A stretch of 63,127 nt of DNA, filler included, from Dugesia japonica (taxonomy: Eukaryota), in NCBI GenBank assembly GCA_001938525.1. It is 5 parts of 5 records of this genome, joined end to end, with 100 filler letters (N's around TTAATTAATTAA, not from the genome) between each part and the next. Parts side by side here need not be neighbours in the genome. Positions count along the whole stretch, not along the records: positions 41,463 to 54,794 come from MQRL01590308.1; positions 54,895 to 63,127 come from MQRL01630569.1; 3 more parts are not named here. One strand, written 5' to 3'. The translations under genes were made by a program, and so were the position numbers. Positions 52,085 to 63,127 of this stretch are shown piece after piece. The notes under the pieces are model-generated. The model saw only the letters and a list, made by a program, of their open reading frames with translations, ran no database searches and had not been told where the DNA came from. How positions within the stretch are numbered: position 1 is the first letter of the stretch; every line of letters begins with the position of its first letter.

Positions 52085-52810
52085 GAATTCTGGTTACGAC
52101 TATGGAATCCAAATCGGGATTTCGGAATTCCAAAATTCCGCCTTGCTTTTTAAATTCGAAATTCCGAAATTGCAATAAATCGAATTCCGGATTTATTTAT
52201 TTTTGTTTTCTAACAAATTATACAAAATTCCTACGACTATTGACATAAGTACAAAAAAAAATTATTTTTGTAACGATTTTTTAAAAAAAAGTACAAACAG
52301 TATGCCATGAGAAATAAAAATATAAAAATAATGTTGTTAGATGAGTTTGAAGTACTCATCGGGTAATTAATGACAAAACTCGTTTCCATATAAGATTTAT
52401 TTACAAAACAAAACTGTATTCATAACTATTTGTTTATTCAAATGAAAACTCTATGCTTTAATTGGGAATCATTTTTCAATAAATTTAAAATTTTAGATGA
52501 AATTTTCATTGAAAATAATTTCGAAAATTCAAAAAAATAATCAAAATCTCATTTAAAATCTCTCCAAAAATTCAAATAAAATAATCATTTGTATTCAAAA
52601 TCTTATTTAAAATTCTAAAAATCTACAATGAATTGTGTAAAAAATATATAACTATTATAAATATTAACTATTCATAATTTTTTTTACAAAAATTTGATTT
52701 AATTTACTTTAATTTCTTAAAAAATTTCTGACTTTCAATTTTAGAAAAACATTTTAAGAAAATGTTTTCCAACCAAAGCACAAAAATTTTAACTCGCTTT
52801 TCAAAACATA

Positions 52811-54310
52811 CTAACACTCCCCTTTGGGGAATATTTTTGATCTTCTCTACGCTTCTTTCGAGACTTTTTCCGTTTGTATCTTCCAGAATGTAGCGTCTGT
52901 CGTGAACCTTTCCTTTGATCTTATAGGTTCTTCCAAAACGATCTTGGTTTTTGTTTTCTGTTTCTACTTACACTTCATCACCAACTTTGAATTATCTTTT
53001 GGTTAGTATCTCTTTATCTTGATCTTTGTGCTCTTTTTGAGAATCTGTTTTGTACCATTTTCCTTTGCTTACTCTCTTCCGAAATACAATTTCAGCAGAG
53101 CTTTTTCCGATGGTTTTCTCTTTTGGAGCATTCAAGGAAAATTCTATCTCCGGCAATACATTAGCTCAATCTGAGGTTTTCCTTTCTTTAAGTGTTGCAT
53201 TAATTAAACCCCGCATAGTTCTAAACTGTCTCTCAATTTGCCCATTTGTGTTATGACGATATGGACTCAAAAACCTGAGGGTAATTCCATGTTCAGCTGC
53301 AAAATCTTACATTGATTTAGACTCAAATGCTCTTCCACAATCAACTCGACTTTTTCTCGGACAACCGAACTTTAATATGCAATTCTACATTATTGCTTTC
53401 CGTGTGGTATCTTCATCTTGTCTNNNNNNNNNNNNNNNNNNNNNNNNNNNNNNNCATTAGTCTATTATACCAAGAACATATCTTTTTCGACCTCTTGTCT
53501 CCTGCATGGGTCCACAGACATCTATAAATAACAACTTAAAAATTTCGACAGGCTGTGTATTTTCGTTTCTTCCTTCGTTTTTGTTGTCAATACTTTACCT
53601 TTCTGGCATGTTATACTTACTCCTTGTGTATACAAATTCCTTCAGTATAATGACCTTCATTTGTATATTCCAATTTTATATCTAAACTGCTCAAATAATT
53701 AATCCAAGCTTGAAACAATGATATGAACAGTTTCTTGGTATTAAGCATAAATGTGATGGCTTTATGATCTGTTCTAAGGATAAATCTCTTTCCATTTAAG
53801 TAATGTTTGAAATGAATAAAAAAGTAGTAAATTCCGAGTAATTCTTTCCACGTAGTACAATATCTTTTCTCATGACTCGTCATTGCATGTGACCCATAAG
53901 CAAAAACTCTTTCTTGACCATTGTTGTCCCTTTGAAATAGTACTGCACCAATCGTATCGAAACTTGCATCCGTGTTCAAAGTAAATTCGCTCTTTATATC
54001 TGGAACACATAATATTGGAGACATCATTAGTGCTTCTATCATTCCATTAAAAACGTCTTCTAATTCATTCGACCATTCAATCTTCTCGTCACTAGTTGTT
54101 ACAGAAATTTAGCTCTTTTCGAATAATCTTTAATAAATGGGCGATAGTAATTACAAATTCCTAAATATGCTTCTCATCTTCTTAACGTATTTTGGTTTGT
54201 CAAAGTTCTTAATTGCTTCTATTTTAGTTATATCTGCTTTGACACCTTCTTTAATCATAACGCGTCCTAAAAATGTGATCTCGTTTTGTAGGAGTTGACA
54301 TTTTCTCAAG
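52811..54310 (-). mobile_element. Ty3/gypsy pol remnant (RT end, RNase H, integrase, PPT)
   Basis: Reads LGICNYYRPFI, TDASFDTIGAVL, ELLGI, RTDHKA and DCGRAFES...SPYRHNTNGQIERQFRT. Minus-strand AAAGGGGAG-TGTTAG marks the PPT/LTR junction at ~52816. Confidence 0.9.
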
Positions 54311-54721
54311 AGCAAGAGATTGAAACCGGGCGATGTTATCGTAGTAGGAGGAAAACAAAGAAAAGGACTTTGATAAGTTATTTACAAAAATAAGCAGACA
54401 TTGTAATGTGACTGTGATATTCATTACTCAAAATTTNTTCCATCAAAGAGGAAGTCATAGGACACGTAATTTAAATGTACAAAACTTACTTCTTTTTAAA
54501 AAAACCAAGAGATCAAACAGTTGTTGATTTGCTAGTAAGACAGGTCTATTCTAATAATAGACAATTTCTTATTGAATCATTTTAAGATCCAACAATAAAT
54601 CCACATGGTTATATTTTTCTCGATTTTTCACAACAATGTCCAGACGAACTGAGGGTTAGAACCGATATTTTCAATCCTGATAGTGTTACTGTGTATAAAC
54701 AAACTAAGTAATTATTATATT

Positions 54722-54794
54722 TGTTGGGGTGGAACACCCCTAAAGTAGAAAATAAAGCAATGAAAGCCATATTAAAAGAAATAAACATAAAAAT
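54722..54794 (-). mobile_element. Terminus of the AAT-associated LTR-like family
   Basis: TGTTGGGGTGGAACAC...AGAAAATAAA is the reverse complement of the 25085-25130 end. Another end, GGTGTTTCACCCCAACA, lies at 55433-55449. Confidence 0.6.
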
Positions 54795-56334
54795 NNNNNN
54801 NNNNNNNNNNNNNNNNNNNNNNNNNNNNNNNNNNNNNNTTAATTAATTAANNNNNNNNNNNNNNNNNNNNNNNNNNNNNNNNNNNNNNNNNNNNTGGATT
54901 GCTATAGTAAAGAGGTGATGAATATAGACAAAATATCGATGACTGAAATCGAAATAAATGTATCGGGTCTTAAACGATGACCAGAATAAAATAGTGGTTG
55001 TTGAATCCTTGGACTTGATTTTTATGTCGTGAGTGTAATTGTTAATTCGAAAATATCAAGTCCATTTTAGAAGATAAAGTTTAGTCTTTGATTTATTGTT
55101 TTATTATTAATGGCTCATAATAATTTATATGATAATCTAATAGTTNATTTAATAATATTAAAATAACATCATTACATTTATAAATTTCCTCTGATAATGT
55201 ATCTAACAGGAGGATCGCTCATCATCTGGAGGAAATTGGCTACTCACAGACAAAACAGTTTGACGAAAAGAAATATTATCTTCAGGATGCCTCAACAATA
55301 AAATGATAAGCATTGCTAAATAGTAGGCCAACTCCGCCTGGCATGATGAGCGATCGATAGCCTGTTATTTAAAGATCTGATATCTGATGGGTACTATATT
55401 ATTAATGCAAACACAATAGTTGAATTATATCTGGTGTTTCACCCCAACACTACTTACAAATATTAATCAATCAAATTATCTATTAAAAAATTAATTATAC
55501 TGGCAAACATTACTACCAGCATATTTCCCATCACATTACCTCTTTAAAAAACATCATCCACCAAAATCAATCAACTAATAACAAACATACAACTCTGAAA
55601 AAATAGCTTACGATAACTCATACGACAGCGGCAGTAAGCCACCACCCTTCTAGGAAAAAACTTTTATTTCACCCCGTAATTCCTTTAGACAATGTATAGG
55701 CAGTATTTTTGTCCAAACACATCCATATCATAAAACCAACAAAAAAATTATTCCCAAGATCTCCATACCTACCTCGAGTCCAATTTCCTTCTTACACACA
55801 CAACACCTCCACTAAACCTAAAAGAAATTAACCACCTCAACTTTCCAAACACACACAAATTTCAAAAATAAAATTTTCACAAAAACATACCCCCAGGATC
55901 AAAGTTTTCTGATCCCGATAAAAAAAATTGATCCGACCAAAATTTGTTTGATTCTAAAAATCTTACAAAAATATCTGCCACAAAAATACAGCCACAATCA
56001 TGATCAGTTATCAACCCCCGGGAGGGGGGCTCGATTGTGGCAGAGCGCCACTATCTACCACCTTTTTTTGGTTTGAAATCTACTTTTATATTTATTGATT
56101 AAATTTATTTATATATTTATTGTAATTAACTAATTAATTTTCTATTGTTTGAATAAATATTTCAGCTAAATTTTACGTAATAATTTCAAATGAGTGTAGT
56201 CAAATATAGATTCTTCACGAAATAGTTAAACAAATAATAAAAAATAATAATTATGTGTTGATCCTTTGTAAATCAATTANNAAAACATTTATCTTGATTT
56301 TCTAAAATCAAATTAAATAAAATCTAATAATAAA

Positions 56335-56540
56335 TTAAACTTCATCGCAAATATCAAAAATTGAATGATTTAACAAAACATTTGCACTGGGACGCTCCAA
56401 CTGCTCTGGAGTTAACAAATCGTTGATAAATGATTGCATTGTATCTGAAATCGGTGGACAAGGTGTAAATTCTATTTTCTTTGTTGATGCGATTCTATAC
56501 ATGACAGCTTGTAATCTGAGATTATGATACGGCATTTTTC
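56335..56540 (-). CDS. Terminal exon of a Ser/Thr protein kinase (subdomains IX-XI, STE/MAP3K-like)
   Basis: TTCAG acceptor, then (G)KMPY...QAVMYRIAS...FINDLL...ERPSANVLLNHSIF. No upstream exons were recognised in the window. Confidence 0.75.
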
Positions 56541-56639
56541 CTGAATAATTAATTGGTAAAGTTTATTATTTAAATAATAAAATTTTGTGTAAAGTTTTTA
56601 TTATTTTGTCACATTTCCTTTGGGTTTCAAAAATTTGTT

Positions 56640-57300
56640 TTTCGGTTTTGCATCGAATTAGAAAGTTTTGATAATAAGNAGTGGTTCAATTTGTGATTCC
56701 AAACAATCACGGCGGCAATCAGTTAATTTTTTGTTGATGAATCCATTTTATCAATTTTCTTTTAAATAAAGATTCAATAATGTTCGATCAAAACGGTTGT
56801 CAGATCAATAAACCTGCTCACAAGATCTTTTTAAGGTATGGCACGGTGCGCTGGCAAGTGGTAAAATATCATATGGTTCAACTTCATTATAAAAAGCATT
56901 AATCTTTTCTACAAAACATTGATGTATTTATCACTATTCTTGATTCCTTCACAGATGTGGAGTCTTCTTATTTTTATTGCACCGATTCTTCCACATAACA
57001 TCGATTTGATAGGATCCTTATAGGTTTGTCTTTAGAATTGAGATTGTAATGAAAATCTTCAAAAAAGTTGTCCATTATAGCTGATTTTGATCTCGATCAT
57101 GGATTCATCAGAAAATACGAATTTTGTCGAAAATTTCTTTGGGATGTTGTCACATATTCTACAAAGTTTGAGTCTCTTTGAGATCATTTTTTGATCAGAA
57201 AAGGCTTCCTATTCGCAACAAAATAATTTGAATCTCTTGGCGCAAAATTTTTATTTTTCATCTCCAAATGATTCATTAAAATTTGGTTTCGATTTCTCTT
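56640..57300 (-). pseudogene. Tc1 transposase remnant (in the presumed kinase intron)
   Basis: Reads ANRKPFL, FVFSDESMIE, LHICEGIKNSDKYINVL and SAPCH. Confidence 0.7.
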
Positions 57301-59119
57301 AATGTAATAAAAGAATTTTCCATGCATATTTTTGCTAGAGACCTTTCATCNNNNNNNNNNNNNNNNNNNNNNNNNNNNNNNNNNNNNNNNNNNNNNNNNN
57401 CATGCATATTTTTGCTAGAGACCTTTCATCACAATAACTTAGTTATTAGGAGTTTTAGACCTATTTTCCTCATTGGTTTTGATATTGAAAAATATTCTTG
57501 CTATTACGAATTTAAATTTTTTAACCAGAATTTAGCAGAAGTAATTGCAATCTTTCCGTACGATAGTCATTCACTATGCTTTAGCAATTCCATCTCTCTC
57601 TGGCGTGGTGGTAAATTCTTTGGTAGGAGTCATAAACAACAGAAATGAGGAAAATATTAATTTATTACAAAGTGTCCACAATCTTTATCACGGTGAAATA
57701 TTATTATTTTGATAATTTATCAGCAACTAATATAACTTAAAAAGTGATATAAAATCAAGATTTAAACTTTTTCGATACTAATACTTTTCAAATTATTTAA
57801 ATTAATAGGTATGCAACTAAGTAGATATTTTATTTAAAAAACAAAAGTTTTATACGAGTCTACAAACTTTTTCACAGGAATGCACGGCATTAAATAAAAT
57901 AATAAAAAGATTAATTAATACGAAAATAATTTATAAAATAATAAAATAATAATTTATCTATAATCTAGATACTACTGAACTACACCCACCGATAGCCAAT
58001 CAAATTGTGAGATTTTTAAACAAAAGATATTAGTTTAATTTTTTCGGTTTTAATTTTGATAATTTTTTTGTTTGTTTTAACTTTGTCAATTTTTTATTTT
58101 CGGTAAATTTTTTCCATTCAAATTTGAAATGATTAGAAAGAGAATTAAAAACTATCTATACATTACCTAAAAGACTACCACCGAAAAATGCTTCTCATTT
58201 TTCATTTAGTTAATTCATTTTCTTTATTAACTGTATATTATTGGTAAAATACGACCAAGATTCGCGCAGACTAAAAGTCATCTGTTCAATACCTCCTACT
58301 ACTTTCGTTGTTTCCTTAAGCATAATGATTTTTCATTAATATATTCAACTATATAATCGATTATTTTATCTATATATTCAGTTTTTTCATAATAACTACA
58401 TTTCAAATTATTATTTCAAAAATAATCATTGGTTTATTATATTTGCATGTTTTACACATGTGTATGGTATCTATAATATTAGAAATCAGTGTAATTCTCA
58501 ATAAAATTTTAGTAACTTTATTGTTTCTGAATAACCTGGAGTCACAATTATTGTTGGAGGAACTTATCGACTGGATAAACGAAAAAAAATACTTTCCAAG
58601 AAATTGACAATTAGAGGAAATATTTTTATTCATATTACCAAATTTAAAAAATTTGCAGAAGAACAAAAATCGTGAATTATTAAAATGTTTATAAGAAGAA
58701 GCGTTTTTAAAAATCCAGTCAATTTTAGAATTTAAATGCAATAAAGCAAATTACGAATGGCTGAAGACAAAGTTAATTGAATTATATTAGATCAAGTCAA
58801 TCAAGGTAACTCCAATTATTAACATTTTATCATTAACCTTTCATAGGACAATGATTGAAATTAGGTAATATATTAACCAGTCGCTTTAAGGTCTATATAT
58901 CTAAAAGCGCCCACATAAATGTCAACCTTAGTACTTTAATACGTTAAATATTATATATTTAATACGTTATTTATTTATTGAATTCATTTTATGTGAGTAA
59001 TAAGTATTTTAAAATGTAATAGGTGATATTAAAATTAAAAAATAATTAATTTTCTCTATAATGGGTTAAAGCAGTAAGATATAATTCTTATACATAATCT
59101 AACGGCCAGCAGAATTGCT

Positions 59120-60875
59120 GGAATTTAAGAAATGCCAGATTATGATACATTTGATAGAGAAGATTCTTTTATCAATATTTTTGAAAGGTTAAGATTTTTT
59201 TTTCAGCCGGAGCTACGAAATTTTGAAACCAAACGCTCTTGAAGAGGCTTTTTATTTCATGAAAAAGATAAACTAGATATAATGATAAATTCGAAATTAT
59301 TACTAATAACGTAAACCGGAAAAATAGCATAAAATGGAAATCTAAAAACGGAGAATTATTGAGTTTGAACATCGTAAAAAGTATTTGGGAAGAAACAATG
59401 AAATAGATTCTCCAAAATATCCAGTTAAAAAGATCAAACAAGAAATAAAATTTTATAATTGCAATTAAAAGGTTATATTGCCTAAAATTGTAACAAACTA
59501 TTAATATGAAGAAACTATAACAAATCCGGACATATATCTCGATTTTGTTTTGCGACAAAAAGACTTAATTTTCAGAAAGAAGCTTTCAGAAGATTTAAAG
59601 AAATGAATGACAATTCGAATATTGAAAATGATGAAGCCAGTTGTGATTATGAAAAAGAATCTGAAGGTAATAATGAATTTTTCAAAATTGTATTCAAATA
59701 AATGAAAATTGAAAGATACAAGGAAACAAACAGAATTATCAATTATTCAGATGATATTATAAATTTGGACGAGTTTATTCGAGGTTTAAGACACATTTCC
59801 AATTCATAAAGGATAAAGAATAATGACATCAGACACAAAATGCGAACCCGCAGCAAACCAACTAATAATTAAAAGAAAAGTAGAACAAGAGAAAGTTTAT
59901 ATGGATTCAGGAGCAGAGAAAAGCATCATGGAGTAGAACTTTCAAATGATCCAAGTAAAAGAAGAATTAAGCTGTTTCGATCAAATAAGACGTTAATATG
60001 TGCAAATTGCTAATAGATTATGGTAATTAGATATTCACTTTTTAAATGTAACTATAGGACATAAAACTAATGAAAGTAGGATGATTATTATGGATAAATT
60101 ATTTCCAAAAGTCACAAAAGAAATATGAGATATGAAAAAGCCGAACATCTCAATTTACCAAACATAGATTGTGTGACTGAAGATGAAATAAAAGTACCTT
60201 TCATATTCAAAATAAGAAAGAACAGAAAACTAAAGAACACTGTATGCAAAGATCCAAATAATAGTAAAAAAAAGTGTGAAGGGGGCTAAAATGTCTACAG
60301 TGACAGTATTATTAGACGACACAGTTACAATTTTGGATCAAGAGGAAGTAACTGTCTTAGTGAGTGTAGATAGTGATATTTTTTCTTTGAAGGAAGATTT
60401 ATATCAGGGTACTAGTATAGGGCATATCCAAGGTATAAAGGATGCGAATATGAATAGACATTCACTTGATATCGATAAAAACGCAAAAAGATAATAAAGA
60501 TAATAACATAATTTAAGTTATATTTATTAAAGATAATTATGACAATAAACATTGTCCAATATATAAAAATGAAATAAATTTCATTGATCCCTAACCTATT
60601 GCTCAAAAATTACAATGAGCTCCTTTCATCAAGAGAGTAAAATCGATGGGATGATCAAAGAGCTTGAAAACGAAATAATACGCGCGAGTTCAAGTCCATG
60701 GTCTTCACCAATTGTGATTATCCAAAAGAAATCTGAGGAAATTATATTATGTATAGACTATAGAAAATTAAACTCAGATACTAACAGAATTATACACTCT
60801 ATTCCAGATAACTAGCAGTTGTTTGATTCATTTACGGAATCAAGATTCTTTAGTGCACTTAATTTATCTAAGAAG
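59120..60875 (+). mobile_element. Ty3/gypsy gag-protease-RT remnant
   Basis: Decayed zinc knuckle FYNCN*KGYIA*NC (~59450), protease YMDSGAEKS (~59900) and RT SSSPWSSPIV...LCIDYRKLN. Confidence 0.85.
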
Positions 60876-60916
60876 AAAATTGAAAATATACCATCAATTC
60901 TTCTCAATAGCAATAA

Positions 60917-62740
60917 TGTTGGGATGAAACACACCACTAAAGAAAAGGCAAAGCCGCCACAAATTATAAGGAAAAAAAAGAATCATAGATACAGATGAAA
61001 AATACACCAAAGATGGTTAAAATAAGAAGAAGAATAAAACCAGGTGAGAAATCAATTAGTGGATGAACAAAAATACGAAAAGCCAGTACTCAAAACCAGC
61101 ATTCATCCATTTTAAATCAATAAGAAAAAATTATAAATTATTATAATAAGAAGAAAAGAGAATATCCAATAAAACATTTAATTATATGAAAAATATTAAT
61201 TAATTAAGTGTTAAAATAAATGAAAATTAAATTCAAATCCATTTTTTCAAAATATCCTTGCTCCAGAAAATCCGAGGANTTCAGCGTAAGGAAATTCCGG
61301 AAGGATTCAGAAGTGTTCATCGGTACTTTACCAGAAAAAAACCTTACCATCATTCAGAATGCTGTGGCCCCCCTTGAAAACTGGACCAATGAAATACCTA
61401 AAAAAATAAATAAAACAAAGACACAAGTATCATGTGCCATTCCAAAAATAACTGCCAATTGAGATTCCAAAACTCTGAAGAAATTTTAGAAAATTGGCAG
61501 TAAAACCAATAAGAAGCGGTGAACCATAAACTAAAAATAACTAGCAAATATGAACGAAGTTGGGGTGTGAAGAAAATCCTATAAAAGGACCCCTGAATTT
61601 AGCAGAAAAATAACAATTTTTCTCTACAACCGAACTATTTGAAAATTCTAATTTATTGTAAGAAAATTTATTACGCTGATTATCCGTTGGAATAAAAGAA
61701 GTGAATACTTATTATTATTGGAAAAGAAGCGAGAAGTTAAAGTAAAATCGAAAATTCTGTTATCGTTAATTAATTGTCATATCTACCAAGGAAAAACAAT
61801 TCGAGGCCAATACATTGTTCGCATTACGATTCACTAATCTGTTCACATTCTACCCATTACAGGATTCAGATCCAAATTATTAGTAAGTAATTAATTATGA
61901 GTTGTCTTTAATGATGATTTAAAACATTGTTAAATGAATAAATATTCAATTCTAATTTTAATTATTATTTTTCATAAAATGTATATATAACAATCATAGT
62001 TCAGGGCATTTTATTCAGTAGATTAAAAAGAGAGAATTCCGTACTTATAATTTAACACACTCGTTCCATTCCACGTGTGGTCGATCTCCCCGGCGATGCA
62101 GTAATAAAAAATTGTATCCTCAGAATACACATGCTTTTATCATCATTAGTGGTTCAATTTATGAAATCTAAAGCAAATCCATTGAGATAAACACGTCATA
62201 AAAATTCACTTTGATGCACCGGAGATATAATTATTTAACCCTGTTATCGGTAACACTCATTTGGCTGTTATATATCGGGAGTGGGATTTCAAGTTAATCA
62301 GTCAGACATGCAGTAGGTAAGGCAACAATCGATGTAATACCATTTATTTTTCTACACACTGGTCTACTTTCTCTATACGTGTCTACTATCACACAGGTGT
62401 GTTGGTGTGTATTCAGTCAACAAGATGGTTGATGCAGTCATAGTATCATAAGTGTAACTAGGCAATCAATAGGCGCGGTAAATCAAACCCCAAAATTAGT
62501 ATTAAAATAATAGTTAATAACAAATAAATTAAACAGTAAGATTCGCACTTATATATTTTTCGGCGGAACCATATTATAATATTATTTGTGAGATTGGCTT
62601 TTGCGATGATCTTAATATCCCAGCAGCCTGATTATAAACATCTTCAAGAGCAAATTAATTATAAAAAAAACAGTGGCGCTTTGATTAGTATAGGATTACA
62701 AATATAAAATTTGATTATACGCTTATCGTGTAGCAATTTA
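60917..62740 (-). mobile_element. Reverse-orientation copy of the LTR-like family, truncating the gypsy RT; far end uncertain
   Basis: AATAA|TGTTGGGATGAAACAC terminus. Internal CAGTAAAACCAATAAGA and GATTCCAAAA match the 24400-24500 region. Confidence 0.5.
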
Positions 62741-63061
62741 CCTTCTTGTACGATTATTATCATTAATGCTCTTCTCATTATTGTTACGATTATTATTAAC
62801 ATTAATATTATTTACCCTCATGTATATGATTATTGTTAATATTATTGGTATTATTATGATTATTATTATTATTATTATTGTTATTGTGATTATTATTATT
62901 GTTATTATTAATAATATTATCATTATCAGTATTATTATTACTTTGATTATCATTATTATTAATTCGGCTATTATTCTTATTGTCACTATTATTATTATCA
63001 TTAGTATTATTATCGTTATTATTATTGGTATTATTATGGTTGTTTTGCTTATCATAATCTC

Positions 63062-63127
<66 letters not shown>

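Noticed and set aside
57320-57430. 30-bp direct repeat on both sides of a gap
   Set aside because: Typical unmerged contig overlap.

Overview
Very AT-rich, gapped eukaryotic scaffold with many (AAT)n/(ATT)n microsatellites. It resembles a planarian/flatworm genome, but this is an inference from composition and repeat types only. Four N44-TTAATTAATTAA-N44 linkers (~19.5, 30.0, 41.4, 54.8 kb) are assembly joins, so contiguity across them is unproven. The main feature is a degenerate endogenous Polinton/Maverick (adintovirus-like) provirus at 7452-19451. It has an AGTAGTAGT left end, a zinc-finger-led protein-primed PolB with an EndoVII-like insert, GasderminX-like, fibre-like, adenain, penton (split by a full-length mariner), cupiennin-like and PLA2-domain genes, and the 3' half of the major capsid gene. 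The provirus also carries a minimal hammerhead ribozyme motif and four copies of a 16-bp GC-rich motif. The rest of the window holds Penelope-type hammerhead/inverted-repeat remnants, nested LTR-like elements in AAT tracts, Ty3/gypsy remnants, a Buster-type hAT, and mariner/Tc1 remnants. Host sequences are a two-exon C2H2/C2HC zinc-finger gene, a probable first exon of an unknown gene and the last exon of a Ser/Thr kinase. All translations outside the ORF track were done by eye, and no database searches were run.
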